64,000 nucleotides of DNA from an uncultured delta proteobacterium (GTDB lineage Bacteria > Desulfobacterota > Binatia > UBA9968), in contig CAWJBB010000030.1 in NCBI GenBank assembly GCA_963840855.1, positions 128,001 to 192,000 of the forward strand. Reading direction: 5' to 3'. The position numbers and the translations under genes are program-made. Position 1 is the first letter of the stretch, and each line of letters opens with the position of its first letter. This document shows, in pieces, positions 42,126-52,720 of the stretch. The notes under the pieces were generated by a model. The model saw nothing but the letters and a program-made list of their open reading frames with translations, searched no databases and was not told the DNA's origin.

Positions 42126-42200
42126 ATGCCGCACACCAACCGCCATTTTCTGCCTGGGCACGTCTGGCACATCACTCGGAATCTGCCTGTCATTTGCTTT
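42126..42200 (+). pseudogene. N-terminal relic of a REP-associated tyrosine transposase
   Basis: MPHTNRHFLPGHVWHITR (cf. MPRANRHFLPG.VWHITHR). Confidence 0.6.
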
Positions 42201-42427
42201 TAAAGAGGCGATGGAGAGTTTGTCACGTCAAAGACAAGCCGTTCTCAGATCAAACTGAAGGATAGCTAAAGCGGCGGTTCCTTGTTGCACTCCTGCGCCA
42301 AATTTGAAGGTGCGGGTGATTCACACCCGCCTCTGCATTCCGGGCATTGACATGGAGACAAACAGTGGTGAAATTTAAATAAAGCTCGCGGTGAGGCGTG
42401 CTTTAGACGAGCGGGAGGTTCAAATTG

Positions 42428-42745
42428 ATGGCTATCAGTCCGACCGGAATGATTAAGAGTCTTGGCTGGGGCCGCTTCTTTCAACTGCTGGTGCATCTGC
42501 CGAGTTTTTTAAAGCTGTTTGCGCAGCTGGTGAAGGATCCAAGAGTAAACATCGCGCCGAAGCTCGTGATCCTGGGTGTTTTAGCTTACGTCGTCCTGCC
42601 GACCGATCTGGTGCCGGATTTTATTCCGGGTTTGGGTTATGCGGACGACTTGGCCGTGTTACTCGCGGGCTTGAAGCTTTTTCTGCGCCTCTGCCCGCCC
42701 GAGGTTGTTCAGGAACATGTAAAGTCGATTGCCGCGGGAAAATGA
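42428..42745 (+). CDS. DUF1232/YkvA family membrane protein
   Basis: DPRV, YVVLPTDLVPDFIPGLGYADD. Confidence 0.9.
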   Translation: MAISPTGMIKSLGWGRFFQLLVHLPSFLKLFAQLVKDPRVNIAPKLVILGVLAYVVLPTDLVPDFIPGLGYADDLAVLLAGLKLFLRLCPPEVVQEHVKSIAAGK

Positions 42746-43116
42746 TTAGCGAAGCCAGCCTTGGGACCAGGTCTAGAAATAATGCAAGTCAGCCAATAGA
42801 ACGATCGGGATCTGGCATAACAATCCTATTAATCTCCACACCAAACTCGATGATCGAATGATTCAGACATAACAATCACTACAATCTTCAAATCACCCGT
42901 CTTTTTTCTCTCGGAAAGCTGCCAAATCATCAGTCAGGATTCGGTGTTTTTTGGAGGCAAAAGAAAATTATGGTAAGTCGGGAGCTTTTCACATCGTGGA
43001 CTCAGCGCTGTGCGGCCTCCAATGCTTATGAGGTGTGAATCCACTACATACGCTGGAAGAACAGGCGCGTCACGACATCTCACTTGCGCTGGTGAATCTC
43101 AGAGTTTTATGACCAC

Positions 43117-44349
43117 CTATCCGACCGCCCGCATCTCCTGCCGCTCAATCTCCGTACCCGCCGCCTTCCTGAAGTCCTCCTCCTTAAAGGAGTACAGTCC
43201 AGCGCCTCCAAGAAAGATCTTCGCAGCTATCTCTCTGGGCACGTTCTGAAGGAGGTTACTGGAGACGTTGGGAAAGTTGGAGTCGAAGTGGGGATAGTCC
43301 GTCGAAATACACATGTGATCGGCGCCAATGAGGCTCGCCGTGGACGCGATCTCGGGTTCGCTGCCCTCAACCCCAGCCCAGCAGTTGCGCTGAAAGTACT
43401 CCTTGGGTGTCAAGGACAGGTAGGGCGCATGGGAATCCCGGTAGTTCGCATAGTCCCACTCGATGCGGCTGAGCAACCCGGGGACCCATGAGTTCTGGGC
43501 CTCCAGGTAGCCCACCCGGAGCTTGGGGTGAAACTCGAAAACGCCGGAGATGATCTGAGCGATCAAAGCCTGCTGCATTTCGATCCAATGGCTGGCTACG
43601 TGGCGGTAAAACCGGTTCTCTCCGTAGAGCTCGTTCATGTGGGAGCTCCAGGCGCCTGTCCCCTCATGGAAGCACCAGGCGACGTCCAGTTCCTCATGAA
43701 GACTGTATAGGGGGTCCCAGTAGTTCGAATGCCAGTAGTGGCCGTTTAGCAGGTTAGGGCGAATAAACGAAGCCACGGCACCCAGCTCACGAACACACCG
43801 CACCAGTTCCTGGCATGCCAAGTTGACATCATGTAGAGGAAGCATGGCAGCGAATTTCAATTGGTTGGCACTGTACTGGCAAAACTCGTGGATCCAGTTG
43901 TTGTAGGCCTGGCTTAGGGCCAGGGAGAGTTGCGGATCCATTCCGTTGCGGGAGATGAGGCTGAGACCACCGGTGGGGAACAGGACAGCAATATCGATTC
44001 CCTCCATCTGCATCGCCATGATTTGGGCTTCGGCGTCGTAATCTCGTTCGATCGCGAAGCGCAACCGCCCTGTCGCAGCCGAGCGGGAGGCCGATAGCTG
44101 ACCCGTCGCACTCCCGAGAATAGGGCCACTGGCACGCGACGATGCGGGCTTTTTGCGGTATTGCTGCAACTCCACGTCCATGGAGGCGGGCAAACCATCG
44201 ATGATCCACGACCGGTGGCTTAGCTTCCCGTCCGCGCCTACTGCCGACGTGACCCGGGACTTGAAAGCCGGGTTCAGGTACTTCTCAAAAAGGTCCCCCG
44301 GCTCCTGAATATGCATGTCACTGTCTACGAACCTCAGTCCTTCTTTCAT
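43117..44349 (-). CDS. Amidohydrolase_2 family protein
   Basis: VDSDMHIQEP, AYNNW, FHEG, STDYPHFD. Confidence 0.88.
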   Translation of the reverse strand: MKEGLRFVDSDMHIQEPGDLFEKYLNPAFKSRVTSAVGADGKLSHRSWIIDGLPASMDVELQQYRKKPASSRASGPILGSATGQLSASRSAATGRLRFAIERDYDAEAQIMAMQMEGIDIAVLFPTGGLSLISRNGMDPQLSLALSQAYNNWIHEFCQYSANQLKFAAMLPLHDVNLACQELVRCVRELGAVASFIRPNLLNGHYWHSNYWDPLYSLHEELDVAWCFHEGTGAWSSHMNELYGENRFYRHVASHWIEMQQALIAQIISGVFEFHPKLRVGYLEAQNSWVPGLLSRIEWDYANYRDSHAPYLSLTPKEYFQRNCWAGVEGSEPEIASTASLIGADHMCISTDYPHFDSNFPNVSSNLLQNVPREIAAKIFLGGAGLYSFKEEDFRKAAGTEIERQEMRAVG

Positions 44350-44742
44350 GGCATCCTCCGTTTCACTGCGTTACAAATTCACGGCGAATTCAGTCCCGCG
44401 AACCTTTGTCATAATCAAATCATGCCGTAACAGAAAGTGAAAAAACACAAGCCGCTCGCTGCGATCAAGAGCCGACTCGGCAAAGGAAGTTCCCACTAAA
44501 CCGATCTCCTCCCTCCTCTTTTTTCTTCTTTTTCTGTGTGATCTGGACTCTCCGACCGTGGGTCAGCCTAAAACAAATTGTACGACTTGACACAGTGATC
44601 CCGCAGGATCTTCCGCTTCGACTCTTCAGAGATGCTCAGGAGCGAAACGAAAGTATCCAATAAGGTGGTCTTGTGTCAACCTATTACAGATAAGCTTCAT
44701 GAAAGAGAAAGTTATCTTGATCAATCGCACTGGATGATTGTC

Positions 44743-45123
44743 TTACAATCTTTCAGCTCCATCGAGTTTTCCAAGATCTCGGTCAAAGGTACCCAAAGGT
44801 ACATGACCGGCCTTCAGAGCTACTTCGAGAATCAAACAATCGGAGAACCCCAGCGCGGGACGGTGGCGGTACTGCTCCAGCGCTGCCGCGACAGTATCGG
44901 ATTCTTGGATTGTGAGATCTTTGTGTTGCAAGAGCATATCGACGGCAGTCGCTATTTCTGGATGAGTGAGTTCGTAGACGGCCGCAAGGACCCGCGATGC
45001 CTCGACGAGGACGAGCGTCGATATCTACGCACCTTTGCTAATGAAGGCTTCCGCCGTAGCGACCTGCTTGCGGTCGTCACGCGTGATAAGGCAAACCAAC
45101 ACGTTGGTATCAACGGCGCGCAT
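44743..45123 (-). pseudogene. VapC/PIN toxin with in-frame TAG at 45025-45027
   Basis: MRAVDTNVLV.LITRDD..Q...AE.FI.KGA*IS.LVL.E...FSDCLILE.A......TFD. Confidence 0.85.
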
Positions 45124-45373
45124 GCTTCTCTTTCATATAGCGCCGCACGCCTCTTTCGAAGTCTTCCAGCTTCTTCGGGGTGGGGACACCTTTCGGAAAG
45201 ATCGCTCGGTGAATATCCTGCGACGAGTATCGGCCGGCCTTGCGAACAACAATCGCATCGCCCTCCTCATCCCACTCCAGAATCGAACCTGGCCCGATAC
45301 CGAGTTTTCGCCGCACCTCAGCGGGAACGGAAATTTGACCTTGAGCCGTAATCTTTGAATGTGCGATGGCCAT
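45110..45373 (-). CDS. AbrB/MazE family antitoxin
   Basis: SKITAQGQISVPAEVRRKLGI.PG. Confidence 0.9.
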   Translation of the reverse strand: MAIAHSKITAQGQISVPAEVRRKLGIGPGSILEWDEEGDAIVVRKAGRYSSQDIHRAIFPKGVPTPKKLEDFERGVRRYMKEKHARR

Positions 45374-45379
45374 GGGTGT

Positions 45380-45397
45380 TAATTACCATGGTAATTA
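45380..45397. promoter_or_regulatory. Perfect 18-bp palindromic operator of the AbrB-VapC operon
   Basis: TAATTACCATGGTAATTA immediately upstream of the antitoxin ATG. Confidence 0.65.
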
Positions 45398-45556
45398 CAA
45401 CGGTCAATCGGACCCCTGCGGACAGGAATATTGGCGGCATGGGCATCGGGCCTGAAGTATGGAGTTCTTTTGGTGTGTCAACAGCCGAAAGACGCGACCC
45501 TAGTAGGATTCTCAAGGCGGAGGTAGACTAACGTAAATTATCTTGGACAGTAGTGA

Positions 45557-46753
45557 TCATCGACCTTTTTTGTCCTTGGCCACCGCGCTCAAGCGCGGCA
45601 AGAACCTGATGGCGTTGTCGCTGAGCAGCTTGATCTTGGCGCTCTCCGGCATGGCTTTATCCCAGATGAGCGGCACTGCGTTGGGCCATGCGCTGCCGTG
45701 GTGCGGGTAGTCAGTCGAGAACAGCCAGGGGTGCTCGCCTAGGGTTTCGACAGCGTACGCTATGTGCTTTTCTTCAGCCTCAACCGAGCAGAAGAGGTTG
45801 CCATCCTTCAGGATTTCCGAGGCGGTACGTTTCAGCTTGGGGGTTTGTGGTGAGCCAGGCTTGTAGCCGTCGTCCAGCTTCTCGATCAGGTAGGGCATCC
45901 AACCACCGAAGCTCTCGAATAGGCCGATTCGGAGCTTCGGGAACAAATCGAAGACGCCGCCGCCGACCAGAGCCGCCAGCGCGTATTGTCCCCCGATGCT
46001 GTGGTAGAGGCCGTTGGGAGCTTCCACCCACGGGGTAAAAGGCGGCCGGTTCGCGCCGCCGTGAACCCACAATGGCATGTCGAGTCCTTGAGCGGCTGCG
46101 TATAGAGGATGGAGGTCCGGATTGTCGAGCATCCTGCCATCCGGGCAGGTACGTGGTATTTGCAGTCCGGCAAAGTGCGGGTCCTCCTTGGTCCAGAACT
46201 CCAACTGCGCGATGGTCTTCGGAACGTCCCGCATGGTGGAGGCCCCTATCCACCAAAGACGGCCGCCTGCATCAGCGCAATAGTTACTCATGAACCGGTG
46301 GAAGGCGTGGTGCAGGGCGCTCTCGAAGCCCACGTCGCGCAACGCGCAAAAGCTGTCAGCCGAGCTCGGGAAGATAACACTGATGTCGACCGCGGCGATT
46401 TCCATGTCTCGGAGGCGAATCGCTGGGTCCCAATTACAAGCGGGGTCTATCCGGACACCAGCATTCGTCGAAGCCCGATCGCCTTGGATGGCTTGCTCAG
46501 ACCGCGAGCTACCGTTCCCCTGAACCTCGTATGCCTCATAGACGCCTAAAGGGCGTGTTGGAAGGGCCGGCCAAAGAAACTCCGAGAAGCCACGTTCTCC
46601 CGCCCGGTGCTTAAGCGCATTCGCTGCTTCGCTAAACCGCCGGTACGTCTCCCGGTATTCCGGGGCCATATATTGTTTGTACGTCCGGTCTAGATCCCAG
46701 TACTGGCGGATGTGGGAATCCATGTCGATCACTACATGTCCGTTGTAGCTCAT
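45557..46753 (-). CDS. Amidohydrolase_2 family protein
   Basis: VIDMDSH, WVHG, FESFGGW, FSTDYPH; start MSYNGH at 46753. Confidence 0.85.
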   Translation of the reverse strand: MSYNGHVVIDMDSHIRQYWDLDRTYKQYMAPEYRETYRRFSEAANALKHRAGERGFSEFLWPALPTRPLGVYEAYEVQGNGSSRSEQAIQGDRASTNAGVRIDPACNWDPAIRLRDMEIAAVDISVIFPSSADSFCALRDVGFESALHHAFHRFMSNYCADAGGRLWWIGASTMRDVPKTIAQLEFWTKEDPHFAGLQIPRTCPDGRMLDNPDLHPLYAAAQGLDMPLWVHGGANRPPFTPWVEAPNGLYHSIGGQYALAALVGGGVFDLFPKLRIGLFESFGGWMPYLIEKLDDGYKPGSPQTPKLKRTASEILKDGNLFCSVEAEEKHIAYAVETLGEHPWLFSTDYPHHGSAWPNAVPLIWDKAMPESAKIKLLSDNAIRFLPRLSAVAKDKKGR

Positions 46754-46854
46754 TACTCGCCTCTCTGAGCGGTGCCTTGAAATAGGCCTCGCGATTTTCT
46801 TTTTAGGGCTACGGCCGAAGAAGTTAAAAAACTCTTTAAAAGGACAACCGCGGC

Positions 46855-47870
46855 TATTAAGGCCCATCACATCCCGATAAAGCTTAAAGTATGTTGTAGC
46901 GCTCATTTCAGGACGCACCGGGACAATCTTGAGGTTAGCTGGGATTTGCTTCAAGATTGGCGCTTCGAAATCTCTTCGGCCGGAATTGTATCCGATGCTA
47001 GCGAATTCTAGCTGGGTTTCTTTGGAGAGCATGAAGTCGATGTATAGCCTCGCCGCGTTCGGATGAGGGGCGCCTTTCAGAAGGGCCAGAACGAACTGCC
47101 GGCTTATCAGTGGTTCGACGGCAACTCAATCGACCGGAGACACCCGCCTATTTAGGAGTTCTATCCCGTGAACCAGGGAGATGGCGACAATCGACGCGTC
47201 TCCCGCGGCGAGCAGGGTTTGCATTTGCGAATGGCCACCGATGATTTTGACGTCCAATGCTGCGAGTTTTCGGAGGAAATCAAAGTTTTTTCTTCACCAC
47301 ACGCGCTGATGGCTGCAGCGATACACTTGCTTTCGTTTTCGTCATGAGAATCTTGCCCTTCCATTTCGGTGCAAGAAGATCAGAGAAGCTCTTGGGAACA
47401 TCTGCGCCTTTGACGAGATTCGTGTTATAGGCAATCACGTTCAGGGTCTCGGCGTTATCGCCCAAAATCCTTGTCATCCTATACTGTGGGCGAAACGCAG
47501 TCCTCTGCGGCGAATCATAGCTGTCTATCAAACCTTTTTTTAGGAGACCATAGAAATCCATTTCAGATTCGTGAATTACATCGGCCTTGGCGCTCTTGGC
47601 TTGGCCCTCGATTACAACTCGTTCGGCAAGCCGTTCCGAACCTAGCCGAATGACATTGACTTTTATGAATGGATACTTCCTAGTAAAAAGCTGGCTAATT
47701 TTTGCGATGTTGACAATTCCAGCGTGCCATAGAAAACAAGCTCGCCCTCTTTCTTGGCGGCTTCGACGACGGGCTGCGCCATCGTACTCGACAAGAGAAC
47801 CAAAAACAGACGCGAAAAGACTAACGGCTGTGAGAAAATTACGTAGTTTTTTCGGGGTCATTATTGGCAT
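46855..47870 (-). CDS. ABC solute-binding protein, multiply frameshifted
   Basis: KYPFIKVNVIRLGSE, NVIAYNTNLVK..VPKS..DLL.PKWKGK, APHPNAARLYIDFMLS fragments. Confidence 0.65.
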
Positions 47871-47889
47871 CTCCCTGCCCAGTGGTTCG

Positions 47890-49157
47890 CTAAACAGCCG
47901 CAAGACTGACGTTGAGACTAGGACCATGCCGTAAGAACTGCTCGACTTCGGTTTCTGTGAGGAAGCGCTTTTTACAGATCTCTTGGTAAAGTGCCTCGCG
48001 GATTTTCTCCATCTGCTCCGGCGAGGGCCGCAGTCCCATCGACTCCACTTTAAGATCCAAAACGTTGCCCCAGAAGGTACTGCTACCCCATACATAACGC
48101 TGCGTCTGCCCTACAACTTCGCCGACAAATGGCACATTAGCCTCGGGCAAACCCTCCTCTTCAGACTGCCCGACCTGAAGCATATGGGCAGCCGACTCCT
48201 CCAAAAAGGCGTTCTCTCCCGTGATAGCCTTGTTACGTTGGCAGACGACGCCGGTGACTTTTTCAGCAAATTTAGACAAAGCATAGAGTTTCTCGAGGTT
48301 GAGACCGGTGTCAACGCCGAAAAGAATCTGCAGCGAGGCGGCCACCTCTTCGAGGGAAGCATTTCCCGCCCGATCGCCCAGTCCGTTGATCGCTACTTCA
48401 CACCAATCGGCGCCGGCCTCGACCGCGGCCAAAGTGTTGGCTGTAGCAAGACAAAATCATTGTGGCAGTGGATCGAGAGGGATGCTCGCTCGCCGACTTC
48501 CTTCTTGAGCTCTTGCACGAAATATTTAACCGTAGTCGGAAAACGCTTCCCCGGCTGTCGTAGATATGGAGGTGGCTGGCACCGGCCTGGGCCGCTTCGC
48601 CGTACATCTTCTTGACAGTGTCCAGATTGGTTCGCGTTGCTTTGGACCAACCGAAAGCAACTTCTCTAGCTCTTTCACAGGCGTAAGGCACGGCCGCATC
48701 GATAGTTTTGTGGATCTCGTCTTTCGATATCCCTTCCTTAAAGTCTGAGAAGATCTCCATCGGTGAAAAGGAAAAATGAAGGTCAAGATATCGGCGTCTA
48801 CTTTCAACGCCGGTCGATATCCTTTTTCCAATCGCCCCGCAACTTAGCGCTAAAATATGCGAGCTTCGTCTTGACGCCTGCGCGGCGTAATTTTTTGACG
48901 AGTTCCGCGACCGCCTCGGTGGAGTGTAGCTTTGGGAGCTCAATCGCGCCAACTCCCAACTCGTCAAGTTTCAATGCCAGTTCTGTCCGCGCATCGGGAG
49001 AAATGATCGCCCCGACGGTCTCCTCGCCTTCCCGCATCGTGACATCGCGCAGAAAGACCTTCTTGGGGAGGCCAGCCATTTGGGCGCGCACCGGCGTTTC
49101 CCAGTTGAGAGGTGAGGTATACCACTTTCCCGGTACATACCATGGTTTTGATTCCAT
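47890..49157 (-). CDS. DRE-TIM metallolyase (homocitrate/isopropylmalate synthase-like), frameshifted
   Basis: RDVTMREGEET, IHCHND, AINGLGDRAGNASLEE, KAITGENAF. Confidence 0.8.
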
Positions 49158-49167
49158 ATTACCCCCT

Positions 49168-49744
49168 GAAAGTTTGATACTGAATGAGATCGCTCCTAAA
49201 TCGGCACTACTAAGTCTCTTAGGAATGCGGCCGGCATCAACTTCCATCTTTAGCAGCGGGACCATGCCGCCTGCTTCCAGTTTCCTTAGGATGAACGACG
49301 GCATGGGTTCGAACTGCAGTTCAACGCTGGATGAAATGTTGGTCAGGCATCCTTTTTCGAGATCAACCTCGAGCTCATCGCCTTGTTTAACCGCATACAG
49401 AATCCCGGAATAGTTCCACCACCGGCAGCCCGCGTTCTATCGAATTCTCAAGAAATATGGAGCCGATGTATCGCATATCACCGCAGCCACACCCGCCCCA
49501 AAATGGATAAACAGGCGTGATCGTGATCATGCCCAAAGCCCATGAACTCGCCGACGATGAAATCCCCTTTCTGGACCTTCTTCGGAAAATCGGGATCTAC
49601 TTTGGTCATGCAGTACTTACCGATCTCCTCCGGCGTATACATGCCTTTGGCCTGCAGCTCGTGAGAAATATCAAATACACATATTTCCCAATCGACATCC
49701 AAAACACCGCGAAATACCCAGGCCTTTCCTCTCATCGGCTTCAT
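49168..49744 (-). CDS. LeuD-like aconitase small (swivel) subunit, divergent, frameshifted
   Basis: GKAWVF, DPDFPKKVQKGDFIV, GFGHDHDHA, GDELEVDL, ILRKLEAGG. Confidence 0.75.
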
Positions 49745-49765
49745 GTCTCACCCTGCAATCTTCGC

Positions 49766-51029
49766 TCACAGATATTTTCTGGGATCCGTGATCTTGCCCT
49801 CCAGGCACGAGGCGGCTACGGTCATTGGGTTAGCTAAATAGATTTGCGCTTCTTGGCTGCCCATGCGCCCAGGATAGTTCGTTTGACCCGACCGCAATAC
49901 ACACTTCGTCGGCCGATAAAGGCGTGTTCGCGCCCCATTCCATACCCTCGTTGGGTGTGGGCACGACACACTCAGCGTCTACGAAGGTGTTTATCAACCC
50001 CTCATCTAAAGCTTGGCGAAGTATTCTTGTCGTACCTGGGGTGATGTTAAGCACACGCGCGGATGAATCTTCTTGCCTTTCAAAATCCGCGCGGCCATGC
50101 GCAAATGTTCTATCCAGCTGGCGGCGTCGCTACCGATGAATCCCCGGTTGATGGGCGTTCCTTCCAACTCCTTGATCGGTTTTACCAGATGGCGCTTTGG
50201 TGGGGGCACGACTTGAGGCTCCAAATTCCCGATATCGAACTCAAAAACCTTTGCATACTGCGCATCCGGATCGCTGCGCTGGGGTTCGAATGGCTCGATA
50301 GTCCGCGCGCGCACGTAGTCGAGAGTCTTTTGTCGGGGTTGATGATCGCGGTCCAGGCACCGGTAAAAATGGCGAAGGAGCAGAGCGAAAACGCTCTCCC
50401 ATACTTAAGGCGTCAATCACCGGTCCCGTCCATTCGAGCGCAGCGCCGCCGGCCCCGGTCGGTCCGATCTGAGATAAGAAATATTCAAATAAATCGCGCG
50501 CGCAAGTCCCGGGAGGGAATTCCCCTTTGACGACAATCTTGATACTCCGAGGAACTCTCATCCAGGTTTTACCAGTTATGAAATATTCCCCGCGTCCATA
50601 GGAAAGAGTGGTGGCGAAGGCGCCTAGTGCGCCGCTACCGCTCGAGTGCCCGTTGACCGCCTGTAAGTAAACCTCCCCGGGTAGCGCCAAGCTCTTTCAG
50701 CGGAAAACATGTTTTCAATGCCGGACCGGCCGAGAGTGTAAATGTTCTCGTCGGGGATGCCGACCGCCTTGGCCCATTTGCGCGCGCCCATGCGAGACCG
50801 CGCGGCATTGTGCGAGCTGTCGCACCGAGGTGACCGTCGACGATTCTGATGAGCTTTGGATTAAAAACGCCAACTTCCCATTCCACGCAGAACTCCACAC
50901 CACCCCGTAAGCCACCAAAATTTCCCATCGGCGTTGGACATCGGCTGCCGACTTCGACGTAGTCACCGGTGAAACGTCTTTGCGGCCGGCAGCTTTAGCG
51001 AGAATTTTTTCGGTAATCGTTTTTCCCAT
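49766..51029 (-). CDS. LeuC-like aconitase large subunit lacking Fe-S cysteines, frameshifted
   Basis: MGKTITEKILAKA, GALGAFAT, WMRVP.SIK, SDPDAQY, FIGSD, PNEGME, NYPGRMG, YLANP..VAAS..G.ITDPR. Confidence 0.8.
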
Positions 51030-51303
51030 ACGTGACTTCCGATGCGTAACCGAACGTATACCGACACGAAGGACGCTGTCAACTTTGCCGGGGATTCAGA
51101 GGAAGCTAAAAATTCGCGCGCGTTCGGTATGAAAAAGCAATTTGCGCGGTATCGAGAAGCCTCGTGAGGTGCGCGGCGGCGCGTAGCACAAAGGCGATCG
51201 AACTAATAGGCGGGTATTGTGTCAACGACGGAGATTCGGGGTCGAGCGGTCTGGACCACGCCCGGCCAGGGAAAAGGAGTTCAAGGGAGCAGTCTAAGAA
51301 TGA

Positions 51304-51624
51304 CTAAAAGACCCCCGTGTCGATCAGCGAAAATATGACCTCCTTCAACGCCGGGTCGATGGTGTCGAGGCGGTCTACTGTGGGGCCGCCGGCCAATGAA
51401 TTGAGAATATCGGGCAAGTCCTCTTTTTTTACGCCCGCGTACCAAACTTTTTGCGGGTGAACCACAATATTGGGACCAGAGTCGCAGCCGCCAAAACAGA
51501 TATACGGTTTCACGTCGACGTCGATTGATCTATCGGCGACCTGGGTGGTGATTTCCTTCAGCAGCTCTTCAGAGCCGCGGCTCAGACAGTCGACGTTTTG
51601 GCACACGAAGCAGGTTTGTTTCAT
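51304..51624 (-). CDS. Thioredoxin-like [2Fe-2S] ferredoxin
   Basis: CQNVDC...CFGGC..GPN.VV.P..VWY. Confidence 0.85.
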   Translation of the reverse strand: MKQTCFVCQNVDCLSRGSEELLKEITTQVADRSIDVDVKPYICFGGCDSGPNIVVHPQKVWYAGVKKEDLPDILNSLAGGPTVDRLDTIDPALKEVIFSLIDTGVF

Positions 51625-51786
51625 TTAGAAGAGTCCCTTCGATGATTGACTTGGTTCGAGCCGTCGGATGTCTTCAAAAGGCCCGGGCTCTTGGCTCAGT
51701 GCCAAATCGGGAGCGTTAGCTCCGATCCAAGTCGCTCCCGGCCTCTCTAAAAGTTTCTACTCAATTTTCCGGAGTCGATCAACTGC

Positions 51787-52269
51787 CTAACCAGCGTCGG
51801 CGCCAAGCCCGCTGGCCTGGGCGATGATTTCGTCCACGCTCTTATCTAGATTGAGCTTCCGGTTGATGCGCGCGTCGTCGCGCTCCTTTATGAGAGCGTA
51901 GATCTCCAGGCAGTTACCTTCCGGGTCGAGGAAATAGCACGACACGGTGTTGCCCATCTCCTCGTAAGCGTGGCTGACGCAGTGATCTATCGGCACGCCT
52001 TGCGCCTTAAATTTTTCGTAGAACTCTTTCACTTCGGCCGGCGTGCCGACCTTCCAGGCGATATGCGCGATGAGCTTGGCCTGGCCTTCGCGTCCCTTGG
52101 TCAGAGCCAGCTCGTGGTCTTCGGTGTTGGGATCGGAGGTCAAAAACACCATACCTCTCGAGTTTTCTCGGTACTTGACCAGCCCGAGAACATCCCGATA
52201 AAACGCGACCATTTTGTCAAGGTCGTTAACGTAGAGCACCACGTGGCTCAGTCCTTTGATCTTTGGCAT
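51787..52269 (-). CDS. VOC/glyoxalase family protein
   Basis: LSHVVLYV, HIAW, YFLDPEGN.LE. Confidence 0.88.
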   Translation of the reverse strand: MPKIKGLSHVVLYVNDLDKMVAFYRDVLGLVKYRENSRGMVFLTSDPNTEDHELALTKGREGQAKLIAHIAWKVGTPAEVKEFYEKFKAQGVPIDHCVSHAYEEMGNTVSCYFLDPEGNCLEIYALIKERDDARINRKLNLDKSVDEIIAQASGLGADAG

Positions 52270-52720
52270 ATGCGATTCCTCCTGCACGCTTAGCGCGTGC
52301 CGTTTTTCCGCTTAGACGGTGATCGTCGCCTCTGGGACGGAACCTATCCGATATCTTCGTCTTGTGTCAACTTGGGACTGGCTAGCGTGAAATCGTCATG
52401 AGGCCTAAAGCAATCGTAAATTCGGATCTGCGAATGGAAGTCGCTTCCATAATCCGTGCGTAAGGTCGTATCTATGTGATTAACCTGGCCGTCGAGAAGG
52501 CGGTGGGTGCGAGGCGGAGCGAGGGCTCGCACCGGAGCGTACATCGGCAGTACGTGAGGATGCGAGTCCGACGTGACAACGAAGCAAGCGCCCCTTATCG
52601 ACGGATCAGGGCTCTTGACGGTATCTCGCACGGCGGGTATAAGCGGGGCACAATCGTTTCCGTAACGCCGCTGATTCCTGCGAGCGCGCGTGGGCACCGG
52701 AAAGGATAAGGAGGTTTCAC

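Noticed and set aside
44632-45351. 239-aa plus-strand ORF
   Set aside because: Antisense to the AbrB-VapC module
52476-52709. Small ORF upstream of the family-5 SBP
   Set aside because: No recognisable motif or RBS
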